From NCBI RefSeq assembly GCF_964204645.1, contig NC_134031.1:8370001-8434000 (forward strand): DNA of 64,000 bases, written 5' to 3'. The translations under genes were made by a program, and so were the position numbers. The DNA comes from Tubulanus polymorphus. Lineage: Eukaryota; Animalia; Nemertea. This document shows positions 51,169 to 64,000 of the stretch, in pieces. The notes beneath the pieces are model-generated. The model was not told the origin of the DNA. It made no database searches and saw only the letters and a list, made by a program, of their open reading frames with translations. Position 1 is the stretch's first letter. The number at the start of each line of letters is the position of its first letter.

Positions 51169-53703
51169 AGTCTGGTTAACCCTACTTTCACATGAGGAGA
51201 TGAATCTCATGACAGTGATAACATTTATCAAATATCACGACTAGACGTTAAAACCTATTTCTATCGACATATGACTACTGATGAGTACAAAGACGGCTCT
51301 CAACTGTGTCATGCTTGACTGATCGAAAGATCTTTCGGATATATGCAAGATCCCTTCCTAACATACACTCATAACCAAATTCAATGAAAAATTCCATAGC
51401 AACAGGTCACAGAATTCAGGGAAAAATAACCTTTTTGGGCACAAAAAAGGTCACAGGACAGCCATCTTGTGTCCAATCAACCCAATTTTTTTCTCATGCA
51501 GATGAACCATAGGTGGATACAAACATACATGAAAGATCATGATAATTTATCGGAATGTCTTCAAAATTTCCCTTGAAAAATAAAATAATATGTAATCTTG
51601 TGAATGAGAATCTGACAGTGCCAGTTTTTGGGCTGGTTGTGTCTAAGGTAGATACATGTATAACCCAAATATCAAGAAAATCCATTGAAGCGTCTAGAAA
51701 ATTTCCCATAATATCTGGATTCCGTCTATGGATGAATGGACCGACAGATCAAAAGTGTAAAGTCCGTTGAGACGAAAGTATCAAGTGGCTAAAAAGTTAT
51801 CTACCTATTAACCTAATGTTTTTTTTAAAAGCAACTGGAGTTAAACATTTGTCTTTTTAGGCCTTATCGCATCGTTTGAAAGACTTGAACAGGCCTCACA
51901 ATGCTCCTTATAAACCTTAGAGGACAGTTCTTAGGTTGTTAGAGGACATGATTTGAAAAGTAGAGGACATAGAGGACCAAAAATCACTAAGATAATGTAT
52001 CGGTAACAAATAGCAAAATATGCATATTTCAATTCTCATAAAATATTTTTGATAATCAATTTTAGGTAGTTAAATAATTGACCAAATCAAGGTATTTGCA
52101 GACCAGTCATAATGCTTATTACATGAAATTTGATTGGCTCAATTCACCCCGAAACACCTTATGGCGAACCTTCAGTGACTATGATGTAGAGAGCTCAACT
52201 TGAACAAAATAAAAATGTATGAAAACAAAAAACAAGATGCGGATGCATCTAAGCACGTTCAGTCAGGTGCTAGATAAAGGCACAGTATGTATAATTTCAG
52301 AATTAAAGATGGCCACCAGTCGGCCATATTGGATGATTTCTTGCCCTAGTTTAGTCATATTCTATTGACCATTCCATTACACCATCTCATATGAACTAGG
52401 GTTCCAGGGACACCATGCCCACTTGGAAAGTGGTTTCAAATGCTCAATCTAACAATTCTAATATTCAACGCCCCCTGGTGACCATATACAAAAACCAATG
52501 ACCTTGAAACCCACTAAAATCATAATACATGTCAGCAGCTACAATTTAGCAATTGGTTGTGATAACAATATATGCCTCGGTGCCAATATAATATAAAAAT
52601 ACTAAAATAAAAGTCATTCAATGCCCCCTGGTGACCATATGCAAACCCAATAACCTTGAAACTCACCACAATCATAGAACATGTCATGAACTACAATTTA
52701 GCAATTGATTATGGTAACAAAATATACCTAGGTACCAATATATTAAGGAAATACTAAGTTATTCTACCAATACATTAAGGAAATACTAAGTTATTCTACT
52801 ATTTAACGCCCCCTGGTGACCATATATAATAACTAATGACCTCGAAACTCACCACAATCATAGATCTTGACATGAGCTATAACTTTGCAATTGATTGCGT
52901 TAACAAAACACGCATAGGTACGAATATAATATCGAAATACTAAGTTATTGTATAAATCAACGCCCCCTGGTGGCCATATTAAAAAAACCAATGACCTTGA
53001 AACTCACCATAATCATAGACCATGTCGTGAGCTACAACTTTGCAATTGATTGTGGTAACAAAATATGCTAAAAACTTTTTTCCACCTACAAATGATTACT
53101 GATGACAACAAGATGGCCACCAATTGCGTCATAATTGGCTGATCAAAAATACCTGTCTCAGGTATAAAAGATCTCTTTTCAAAGAATACCCATCACAAAT
53201 TGCAATGAACAAGAGCCCCAAGGGGCACTATGGCCAGCCTGTCAGCTTTTCATAAAATGGCAAATGATGATGCATTCTGTGGGTTAAATTTGCCAAAATA
53301 CACTCCCAGCTCAGAGTCAATACCTAATAATTTACACAATACAATCGTAGAATACAAAAGTAGCACAGACAGCGACTGGATCTGGAAGGAAAAAATACCT
53401 CAGATAAATCCTTTCCCTTGGTCTTATTGATTTAAATGCGGAATAGAATTGAATTTTCTGAAATTTGCTACGTAGAGTTTGGAGAATGGAAAATGCTCTG
53501 ATGAATGATTTGTATGAATATATGCTCAGTTGCACAGTAAAAGAGCCTTTACTCTGGAAACCATGTGATTCAAATTCGCTCCATTTGTATAGTAATAAGC
53601 TCAGCCTACGGCTTAGTTAGTTACCTAAACGTTGGTGGTAAGCTTTTTATTATCAGATGAGCTTATACCAACGTTAGGGATGACAAGGACCAAAACACCG
53701 TTG

Positions 53704-56700
53704 AAATAAATTGCCCATGGGTAAAGTGTAGTTTACCTCGAAAGGTAGAGGTTGTTTGGAGTAAGGGCATTGCTTGAAAAAATCTTTTTAATTCGTGACT
53801 TCAAAGTTCTAGAAGTATTTATTGTTTTTTATCTTTCTTAAAGAATTATTTTGTAGTCAAATAAGACCAAAGATAAACATTTGTTTATGGTCTATGTCCA
53901 AAATTTCGTAGGGTACAGGCATGCATTGGAAACTATTTTATATTTTCAAAAAAAACTTTTTCACAATATGAAAAAATATTCAAATAAAATTCGTATGATG
54001 TCACATATCAGGGGGTGGCTGAATATTGAGTCTCGAAACCTCTTCCAATGTATGGTCGTGGAAGCTAAAACACCGGGTGTAGTATTAGATCGTTTTCAAT
54101 CCTGGAATTTACCACTACAATATTCAGACCTCAACCTATATACCTACAGTTTGCTGCTTAGTATTTTCAGGTCACAAGAAATTACAATTTATTACAAAGT
54201 CTATCAAACAGAAAACACAACGCTCATCTTCTGCTACGACGATTATTCAGCCTGTTATCATATCAAACGTGCACGCGCCAAGCAGCATTACAGCATCTCC
54301 ATATAGTAAGTAGTCTGTATGAGCGTGTGTTTGTGTGCACAGTCTAATGTTTAGCACTCCCGTCCCGCGCACGCGGAGGCCTTGTGTAGTGAACGTTCGC
54401 TTTACTTCAATCTCGATCAACACAATCACCGGGTATAAAACGAAACAATACCTATGGCGATATGTGAAATAATTATATTCTCACCAGCAATGAGCATTTA
54501 AAATTCGCACCTAGTCCAATGAAATGTTATAACAAGAGCCCCAAGGGGCACAATGGCCAGCCTGTCAGATTTGCTTTTTATAAATGATGTAATCTGTGGG
54601 TTATATTTATCAATATACACTCCCTGCTCAATATCATTTACATAGTAAAATCGTGTGTTAACACAGACAGCAGGAACGAATGTAATATAGAAATACTAAG
54701 TTATTGTATTGTTCAACGCCCCTGGTGGCCATATACAAAAACCAATGAGCTTGAAACTCACCAAGATCATAGACCATGTCATGAGCTACAACTTTCCAAT
54801 TGATTGTGGTAGCAAAATATGCATAGGTACGAATGTAATATAGAAATACTAAGTTATTGTATTGTTCAATGCCCCCTGGTGGCCATAAACAAAAACCAAT
54901 GAGCTTGAAACTCATCTCGATCATAGAACATGTCATGAGCTACAACTTACCAATTGATTATAGTAGCAAAATATGCTTAAGTATCAATTATGATGTGGAA
55001 AAACTTTTTTTCCACCTACGAATGAGTACTGATGACCCCAAGATGGCCGCCAAGTGCGTCATAATTGCCTGGTCAAAAATACCCTCTCGGATATAAAAGA
55101 TCCCTTTCCAAAGAATACCCATTACAAATTGCAACGAAACATGGCACACCATTAGAAAGCTACAGTACTCAGAATTCAGGCCAAAATTGACATTTTTGGG
55201 AACAAAAAAGGTTACAGTACGGCCATCTTGAGTCCGATCGACCCAATTTTTCTCATGCCGATGGGCCCTCGGGGGATACAAATATATACGAATGATCAAG
55301 GTTATTGATAAAAGTGTCTTCAAAATTTCCCTCGAAAACTTCAAAAATGTGTAAAAAGTGCTGATTTTGGCGAACAACAATGGCTGCCAGTCGGCCATCT
55401 TGAATCTGACAGGGCCAGTTTTTGGCCTGAAGATGTGTCTAGGGTAGATACACGTATAAACCAAATATCAAGACATTACCTTGAAGCGTCTTCAAAACTT
55501 TGGAACTCTCACGAACTATCTAGATGGTTATCTCTCGACCTAAATAGCTTCAAGACCCATCTCAAAACAACTTTGTTCCATGCAGCATACCATTAACTCT
55601 CGGAAAGCGAATTGTATTTAACATTTTTTGGCAGAATAAAATTTGATTGAATTTGCAATTCGGGCACATGGCTAATTAGCATATCAAGGTCATACACCCG
55701 ATTTGGTAAAACCTTTTTTTTCGCGAACCTTGCGCAATTGTCAAGGATGAATTTTCTGTAGAGCAAATAAAAATTCCTCCCAAACACCAAATCAACTAAA
55801 GATTTCATAGAAATCGATCTTGAAATACAATTTTAAATCTTAAAATAAAACCCAGAAGTAAAACAGTAGACGATACCGCGGGTTCACGTGAACACCTGAT
55901 TTCTGTAAACGAAATGTTGGTTGTGACAAAATTGTTCAGACGGTTTTAGGTGGTAATAAGTACGGAAACGTAACGACCATGGTCGACTTATTCGATGAAA
56001 TCAGGCCTGTGATATCTAAATTTTGACTTTTTTATTCTCCAGACCTCCCTGATATAGAAATAAAAAATTTTGGTGGTACGAAAGTGCAATCACAGCGCCG
56101 ACGGGGACAGAGCCGTGACGAACACGAAGAAGTAGGCTATTGCGCTACTTACTTGAATCACGAAAACTCCTGGCGCGGCCCCGACGCTTTTCGTTGATTA
56201 AGTAATACAAATATCATGCAATGGGTTTTCACAATCTACCGCTGGTATTTACCGGATTTCAATATCACTCCAAAATTCAAAGAAACCTCGAAATATCGAA
56301 CCGGAATACTTCCGGTAGATATCCGCGGCTGCCCAACCGGGAAACTTATTAGTTTCAATAGATATTGATAGGATCCATCATCTTCACCCGTCAAGGGATT
56401 CGAACCCACTAAGCTAAAGCCATGCCAGAATCGGGTCGGGCCAATCACAGCGCTTGTAACAAACCACATTAGGCTTCTGTGGAATTTCCCAGTAAATGGG
56501 CCAATCAGACAACACGTAGCGAACGCGGAAGTATTGTCGCGTGTTGATACATGAAGTCATGCGCAAAAGCGCCAGTAATGAAATCGCGATAATTCACGTG
56601 AACAGCTGCTGATATTTTCAGATAAACCAATCACAGGGAAGACACAACTTCCTGATTGGCTGATAAAAATTGAAATTTTCCCGATTTAACTTTCGTGAAA

Positions 56701-57222
56701 AATGCAGAAAACATTTTTATGAGACCCTATTTCAAAATTCTGCTCGCTACGATTCCGAGAATGGATTACGCTTAAATACGTGATTTGTTCGAATATGCCC
56801 TCACTTGGCAAGCAAAAGAGCCTTTTGTGTGGAAACCATGTCATTTAAATTCGCTCCATTTGTATAGTAATAAACTCAGCCTACGGCTGGCCTAATAATT
56901 ATTTTAGTAGCGCCGGAATTCCCCGTATATCCCAAAAACAGCCAATCACATTCGCTCGTAGAGAAGACACCCCCCAATCGAGGTCATTGCAATTATATAG
57001 GCGAGAGCTAAGAATTTTCCCGCCAAAAACAGTTTTTCGTAGAACTTTAACTCAGTTGACCATGTCATAGACGGAGGTTTGTCATGTCTTCAAGCGCATC
57101 GATTATACATCGTTTAACCCGAGAACCAATGAAAAAAAATGCTCACATAAAAAAACGTACCGCGATTTTACATGAATTGGCTCAATGCCAACCTCATACT
57201 GCTGACAAAGGTAAACCAAAAA
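53704..57222 (-). mobile_element. HINE family A copy split by family C (53704-54530 and 56896-57222)
   Basis: Both A termini present; colinear with 44355-45463. Confidence 0.8.
54531..56895 (-). mobile_element. HINE family C copy containing a family B fragment (about 54675-55500) and other inserts
   Basis: C termini at both ends; B repeat units and body inside. Confidence 0.7.
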
Positions 57223-58187
57223 GTAACACTTCAAAAATATATTTTCTATTCAATTCAGTCCACAATTAATGGCTTAAATCACATACTAACACAGGTACCT
57301 TTTGAAATAATCAAATTTTATGTATGTTTCGAGCGATTAATCAACATTATTTTGAGAAATTAATTAATTTCTCCACCAATTTCGCCATTGGCCGCCATTT
57401 CTCTGTATTGCATGCATGTGGCATGATAGACTAGGTGACCTACAGGGATTTAAATAAAACTTTCAAAACGAAACGACAATTTCTATTTTTGATAGTTTTC
57501 CAACCTATATTTCGAATCTTCGCGTTTTCCATTATAAATAATGAAAAAATAAATTCTGGTTGAACAAAAATGTAAATAAGTGTTGATTTCTTAATTTTTT
57601 TCAATTTCTTCGTTTCGTTTCGTTAGTTTGTGTTGTGGTCCTGCCCTCAGTCCACAGACACCAGCACCCTCCACACGTTTTCAAAATGGCCACCGTCGAA
57701 TCGACGGAAATTTACTCTCACTTTACGGTCAATTTGCACATGGATTAAGATCGTTAGGTGAGGTGTTATAGGTATCAAACAAACTACGAATCTGTTGTGC
57801 GTTGATTACAACAAAAATTAGACAGATATCTTAAGAGACAATGAAATGCCAGGCAAATTACTCGTGCACGAAGATTTCATTGAAAAATGACCTTCCCATT
57901 CCTGACTGTGGTTTGTGAAAATATCCGATCGTGAAACTAAACCACAGTCAGGTTACTGACTACCTACGGCTGGACTAAAAATGGCAAACATTAGGAAGTT
58001 ACAGGACTCAGAATTCAGGCCAAATTAACATTTTTGGGCACAAAAAAGGTCACAGGATGGCCATCTTAAGTCAGATTGACCCAATTTCCAATTTTTCTCG
58101 CGCTGATGGGCCCTTGGGGCAAAAAAATATATCAGAAAGATCAAGGTAATTGATAAAAGCGTCTTCAAAATTTCCCTCGAAAACTTC

Positions 58188-59065
58188 AACAAGAGCCCCA
58201 CGGGGCACTATGGCCAGCCTGTCAGCTTTTTATAAAATGGCAAATGATGCATCCTGTAGGTTAAATTTGTCGAAATACACTCCCAGCTCAGACTAGTCAA
58301 TCCCAGGCTAATAATTTACACAATTCAATTGTGTTTTCATAAGTGGCACAGACAGCGACTGGAGTTGGCAGGAACAAATACCTCAGATAAATCTTTTCCC
58401 TTGGTCTTATTGATTTTCTGGTATTGCTCAATAAAACAAAATTGAATTGGACTTGCTGTTTTACCTTGTTCAATAAAGTAAAATTGAATTGGATTTGATA
58501 TATTTTGCAGAATAAAATTTGATTGAATTTGTAGTTTGCGAACATGGCTAATAAGCATATCAAGGTCATCCATCCTATTTGAGAAAAAGCAATTTTTCCC
58601 GGACCTTGCACAATTGTCAATGATATTTTCTGCAGTGCAAATAAAAATATTCCTCCCAAAAACCAAATCAACTAAAGATTTCACAGAAATCGATGTTTTG
58701 AAACACAATTTTAGATCTTCAAATAAAAACCAGAAGTAAAACGGTAGACAATACCGCGGGGTTCATGTGAACACCTGCTGATCTCTGCGGCTAAGCCAAT
58801 CATAGAGGAGTCTTTGCTTTCTGATTGGCTTTTTAAAACAGATATTTTTGCAATCAGATTTTCATGAAAAAGCTCATGTAAATTTTAACGAGGCCATCTT
58901 TTTAAAATTCAGCTTCATAGGGGTTGGATAATGGATAATGCTCTAATGAATGATTTGTATGAATATATGCTCAGTTTCACAGTCAAAGAGCCTTTACTCT
59001 GGAAACCATGTCATTTAAATTCGCTCCATTTGTATAGTAATAGGCTCAGCCTATGGCTGGCCTAA
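58188..59065 (-). mobile_element. Intact HINE family C copy
   Basis: aacaagagccccacggggcactatggccagcc ... ggctcagcctatggctggcctaaaa; inserted into an A run of family B. Confidence 0.85.
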
Positions 59066-59236
59066 AAATGTGTAAAAAGTGCTGAATTTGGGGAAAAAAA
59101 ATCGGTACCAGTCAGCCATCTTGAATATTTGAGAGGGCCAGTTTTTGGGCTGAAGATGTGTCTAGGGTTGATACATGTATAAACCAAATATGAAGACATT
59201 AACTTGAAGCGTCTATATATGTATGTGCGTATGTAC

Positions 59237-59338
59237 CTGGAAATGTTTCGTTCGTCCTGGTGTTGACGAAACTGGCACCTTTTTACTTTGAAGAATTGCA
59301 TTTATTGTCGAACTTTTACCAACATTTGGATAGCCAAC
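59237..59338 (-). CDS. LSG1: LSG1 exon (G1 P-loop and G2)
   Basis: VGYPNVGKSSTINAILQSKKVPVSSTPGRTKHFQ; 102 nt, phase 0/0. Confidence 0.93.
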
Positions 59339-59473
59339 CTGTAAAGAGCACGCCATCAAAAGTATATGTTCATATGAAAAATGCAAGACATTTCAACAGA
59401 CCACCACGAGTTAATTAGCTACAGAGTATATTTTTGATCTGTTTTGCCAGGACAATTTTTTGACTTCTCTTAC

Positions 59474-59638
59474 CAATCCAATTGTCAGTACATCAGGTGA
59501 TGCTCTTACACCTTTATGAACATTTCGGATGACTTCAAGAAGTTCATCCCCAGATACAATATCAGTAGCATTTATCCCATCTGCTTCACTGCATGACATT
59601 AGATTGTTCGACCCATGCTCAATCCCTCTGTGTACTAA
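59474..59638 (-). CDS. LSG1: LSG1 exon
   Basis: ...IVSGDELLEVIRNVH...VLTIGL leads directly into the VGYPNVGKS exon. Confidence 0.85.
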
Positions 59639-59688
59639 CTAAAATGAAAAATAAAACCAGGGGTTCGAGTAGGTATGGTAAGGATTAA

Positions 59689-60319
59689 CCCTTAATCTGC
59701 CAGCAGCTTCGAAGTCCTGTGTGTGCCAGATGATTTGCATGTTGATGAAATTAACTCATTACATCCTCATAACTTCCAAACTATTGTATATAGGGGATTG
59801 AAACTTCACAAAGCAGTAGTTTATAGTCATAGCCACAAAATAGTGCTGAAAGACTTAAACTTCCGATTTTTGAAAGATGGGGGTCCACTGGGTGGGGTCA
59901 TTTATGGGGGTCCAGTGCAAAGACTCCCTAGAAAGTCAGAATACATGTACTCATAATTTCGTGTAACATTGTCGATATCCATATATAAAGATGCTGTAGA
60001 ATACTATTTCCATCGTTTAAATCATTATTAATGCTTCTTATTACAGTCTAAATGTTTGAAGCTTCATCAAAATCCATTCAAAAAGATATCAAATTTACGG
60101 GGGCGTTTTTGAGGTCACAATTTATCAAAATGAGAAATTACTTCCGGGTTTGGATTCTCGAGTATCGGCAGTTGCCGTGCATTAACAACTACGACTCAAC
60201 GCGCTGCAAGGCGCTTGTGACATAAAAACTTAAAATGCGAGATAGGTCAGGCTGTCTACTACAGTCGTCTACAGCAGTTCCGCAGTATGCAACTACAGTC
60301 ACCTGCGACAAGTTAAGGG
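59689..60319. mobile_element. piggyBac-like MITE
   Basis: TTAA|cccttaa ... ttaaggg|TTAA. Confidence 0.7.
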
Positions 60320-60380
60320 TTAAAATGTAGGAAAGAAATTAGAAACATTTTTTCTTCTAATAATCAATTGAAGATCTTAC

Positions 60381-60591
60381 CTGAAACTCTTCACTTTCGG
60401 AATTACTTTCACACTCAGAACCAGAGTCAATTTCCTCAGTAGAATCGTCATTATCATCATCATAATCATCATCATCATCATGATCCTCATCGCTATCTTT
60501 TGCTTGTGCTTTGTGCTTATCATTTTCATTAAGCGCTGACCAGAATACAACTTTCAAACCAACATTGTCAAAGTACTCTGCCCAGTACTTT
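60381..60591 (-). CDS. LSG1: LSG1 exon with acidic insertion
   Basis: RKYWAEYFDNVGLKVVFWSAL followed by a D/E/S-rich stretch; GTAAG donor. Confidence 0.88.
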
Positions 60592-60676
60592 CTGAAAGTG
60601 AAAATCAATTATCCCATCATTGAAAACATGTTAAAATGAATGAACACACCAAAGGCAGTGTCACTGCCCAAAACTG

Positions 60677-61515
60677 AATAAATTGCCCATGGGCAAAGTG
60701 TGGTTTACCTTGAAAGCTAGAGGTTGTTTGGAGTAAGGGGCATTGCTTGAAAAATCTTTTTAATTCGTGACTTCAAAGTTCTAGAAGTTTATATTGTATA
60801 TTATCTTTCTTAAAGAATTATTTTGTAGTCAAATAAGACCAAAGATAAACATTTGTTTATGGTCTACGTCCAAAATTTCGTAGGGTACAGGTAGGCGCGG
60901 CATTGGAAACTATTTTATATTTTCCAGAAATATATTTCACAATATGAAAAATATTCAAATAAAATTCATATGATGTCACATATCACAGGGTGGCTGAATA
61001 TTGAGTCTTGGAAACGAAACCTCTTCCAATGTATGGCCCGGAAGCTAAAACCGGGGCGTAGTATTAGATCGTTTTAAATCCTGGAATTTAACACAACAAT
61101 ATTCAGACCTTGACCTATACCTATAGTTTGCTGCTTAGTATTTTCAGGTCACAAGAATTTACAATTTATTACAAATTCTATCAAACAGAAAACACAGCGC
61201 TCATCTGCTACGACGATGATTCAGCCTGTTATCATACCAAACGTGCACGCGCCAAGCAGCGTTACAGCATCACCATATAGTAGTCTGTATGAGCATGTGT
61301 TTGTGTGTACAGTCTAATGTTAGCGCTCCCGCGCACGTGGAGGCCTTGTGTAGTGAACTTTCGCTTCACTTCAATCTCAATCAACACAATCACCGGGTAT
61401 TAAAATGAAACAATACCTATGGCGATATGTGAAATAACTATATTCTCACCAGCAATGAGCATTTAAAATTTGCACATATACGGCACCTAGTCCAATGAAA
61501 CGTTTGCCATTTTTT
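60677..61515 (-). mobile_element. HINE family A, partial
   Basis: aataaattgcccatgggcaaagtgtggtttaccttg terminus and body. Confidence 0.8.
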
Positions 61516-62682
61516 GATTATGTAATAACTCGGATGAATAACCTAGTTAAAACATTTACTGCCTGTATTTTAAAAAATGTTGCCTGATATTTTCAGTGTT
61601 TTATCAATTGAATCTGTGTCCATAGCATTTGTTGGGGTTTGAATCTTTAGCCTCGAAAGTGCTTAATTCAGAAAACTGGCTTGCTCTATCAAGTCAAAAG
61701 GCCATGTAGAATCCAATTACTTTCAAATGTTTTTAATAATTAGACAACATTATGACAACGGAGGTCGTAAGTATGCCATTACCCCAATGATCTGTCAAAG
61801 GAGGCAGTTTTGAGTGCATAAGCCAATCAGAGGATTTTGGGGGTACTCCTCCATGAAAATCTTTAATTATAAGTGCATTTAGGAGCGCTTGAGTTTTCAG
61901 TCAAACATAAAATACCTGAAATACTACTAAATAAGGAACACCAACTTGGTAAGTGGTCTGATATACTGACTATCGGACAATTTCAAAATCCAATGTCCTC
62001 TGATGAACAAGCCAATGACCTTGGAACTCACTAAAATAAATATCTCATGAGCAACATGCAACTTTGCAATTGAATGTCGGAACAAAATATGTACATCCCT
62101 ATATAAATGGAAATACTACACAATTCCACCACTGAATGCCTCGTGAAATGTATGCAGAAGCCAATACTCTTGAAAATCACCACAATCATAGACTAGAAAG
62201 ATACTTTTAATAGGATGACGGAGATATAAAAATTAGAACTCGAACTTAGCGCACTGATGACGAGTTAGATTGGTTGGTATATACTGTAGTGCTTTTCAAA
62301 CATTAGTGCAAGTCAGGTCCAAATGATGTTCCACTGTATTGGACAAAGAATAGAGATTTAAGACAACATACGTATTAATGCAAAGTTTAAGGCGAAACCG
62401 AGCTGCTGGCACTTTGATAACGGTCTGCTCTTGGCACAATCGCCAAGAACCTATGACATAGGCCAACTAAATTGACCATGCAGTCCATGGGGTACAAGCT
62501 TCGCAACCATGTGTGAACATGTTGTCAGCAGGTTAATAAGCGATATGGACAGATTCAAGTTCTTGAATTACTCGTTTGATGGCGCTAGTCAGAACCAGAA
62601 ATTGGAACGTAAATCGACGTGGTGTTGCAAGTCTCTAACAAGATAAAGACCATAGGTGAAAAGTTTTCTGTGCATATAATAC

Positions 62683-62826
62683 CTTTGGATTTGTGAAAGG
62701 AGATCTGCTTTATTGACCAGAATCATATTTTCTTTTTCAACACTGACTTCCTTGACATATTTCTCTAAATCTTCACAACGAAACAGAAGAGGATTTCGAG
62801 CATCGACAATCTGTACCACAACATCG
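62683..62826 (-). CDS. LSG1: LSG1 exon (DARNP and G4 NKAD); upstream exons lie beyond the window
   Basis: DVVVQIVDARNPLLFRCEDLEKYVKEV...LVNKADLL; G4 preceding G1 is the circularly permuted GTPase order. Confidence 0.92.
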
Positions 62827-63535
62827 CTGAAATGATAATGGTTTTTTATGATAAGTGCTGATGAATTCTTTGTGACATCTTTATTTGAGAAATTGCCAAA
62901 TAAAAGTGCTTAATGAAGATTTGAAATTAAGAAAGGACCATTGGTCTTGTGGGTCAGTTGCACTTAAGACGTAACTTTTGAATATAGCATAGATTAAGCA
63001 TATCACTAGTAAGTACAGTTATTTAAGTCAAAAGTAATTTCACAATGTGGAAAAGTGCTTTTCTTAAATACGCTACCTCCTTTCTATTACTCTCCAGAGT
63101 TGTCTCCAAAAATCTAGATTCTTTTCAAAAGGAGTAAGAACCAAATGTTTCTCTTCTTGCAAACTGAAAATCAAATAAGCCTGAAGTACAAATATTGTTC
63201 ATATGATTTTCGTAGGGAAGTGTATGATCAGGATTTCGGACAGTACATGCCTAGCATAGCCCTAAACATCAGGGGCCAGGTTTTAATGGATGGATAGCCT
63301 AAAACTAGGTTTCTCTATCATATCATGGCAGAGTATGTAATGACATCAGATTCAATTTGAAAGAGAATTGCTCACCATATCAGACTTGTGATTTCATCAG
63401 ATTCAAATGAAAGGGGTTAATGTATTGTGACAGTCTCATGGCAACATCAAGCTGAAATCGCTGTGGTAGAACTACCACAGACGTATGAACTAGACCATAA
63501 TTCTACTGGAACATGGAATGTAGGCCTACTGGGTA

Positions 63536-64000
63536 AAATAAATTGCCCATGGGCAAAGTGTGGTTTACCTTGAAAGCTAGAGGTTGTTTGTAAGGGAATT
63601 ATTATTTTGCAGTCAAATGAGACCAAAGATAAACATTTGTTTATGGTCTACATCCAAAATTTCGCAGCAGGGAAACTATTTTATATTTTCAAAAAAATAT
63701 TTTTCACAATATTGAGTCTTGGGAACGAAACCTCTTCCAATGTATGGCCGTGGAAGTTAAAACACCGGGGCGTAGTATTAGATCGTTTTAAATCCTGGAA
63801 TTTACGACTACAATATTCAGACCTCAACCTATACCTATAGTTTGCTGCTTAGTATTTTCAGGTCACAAGGAATTACAATTTATTACGAATTCTATCAAAC
63901 AGAAAACACAGCGCTCATCTTCTGCTACGACGATTATTCAGCCTGTTATCATACCAAACGTGCACTGCCAAGCAGCGTTACAGCATTACCATATAGTAGT
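63536..64000 (-). mobile_element. HINE family A, internally deleted, runs off the window
   Basis: Same terminus and body as the other A copies. Confidence 0.8.

Larger units (their letters stand above)
53614..57962. mobile_element. Non-autonomous TAG...CTA element with a 9-bp TSD (AcademH-like)
   Basis: TSD cctacggct at 53605-53613 and 57963-57971. TIR tagttagttacctaa vs tagtcagtaacctga (12/15); subterminal hairpins at both ends. Confidence 0.7.
53208..57978 (-). mobile_element. HINE family C copy interrupted near its end
   Basis: aacaagagccccaaggggc start; the terminal cctacggct is duplicated around the insertion. Confidence 0.75.
52394..59213 (-). mobile_element. HINE family B copy hosting a nested stack of elements
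   Basis: B sequence at 52394-53207 resumes at about 57978-58187 and 59066-59213, colinear with 38628-39900. Confidence 0.8.

Noticed and set aside
56385-56420. tRNA-like B box (gggttcgaatccc on the minus strand)
   Set aside because: No cloverleaf or A box could be built; at most a SINE scrap.
53230-58739. Recurring 60-160-aa ORFs with similar sequences (also 20315-20810, 39384-39596, 63607-63840)
   Set aside because: They recur because they lie in HINE copies; frames and stops are not conserved between copies.
60400-60500. Asp-rich (GAT)n stretch as a novel feature
   Set aside because: It lies in the variable acidic insertion that LSG1 orthologues normally have between G4/G5 and G1.

Overview
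Repeat-rich animal genomic DNA, AT-rich with spliceosomal introns. The repeat types suggest a marine invertebrate, probably a lophotrochozoan; the species cannot be determined from the window. Three host genes: (1) the last four exons of an NRF-6/O-acyltransferase-like membrane protein (+, 534-5664); (2) a two-exon coiled-coil plus C-terminal death-domain gene with one in-frame TAG (+, 15335-17190); (3) eight 3' exons of LSG1, the 60S-maturation GTPase (-, 62826 to 29555). Between the genes lies a decayed LTR retrotransposon (-, about 22700 to 18134). It carries a baculovirus-F/errantivirus-type envelope gene: furin site, fusion peptide, heptads, Cys-rich region and TM, followed by a second TM and an extra domain, then a PPT and 3' LTR. 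An inverted second copy of its 3' part sits alongside. The LSG1 introns hold a defective Academ (XPG-nuclease) transposon, a 9-bp-TSD Academ-like MITE and many co-oriented Helentron-associated (HINE/DINE-1/pearl-like) elements nested up to five deep. Harbinger-, piggyBac-, hAT- and pogo-like MITEs and LINE and Penelope fragments occur across the window. All calls come from reading and translating the sequence by eye; no database searches were run.
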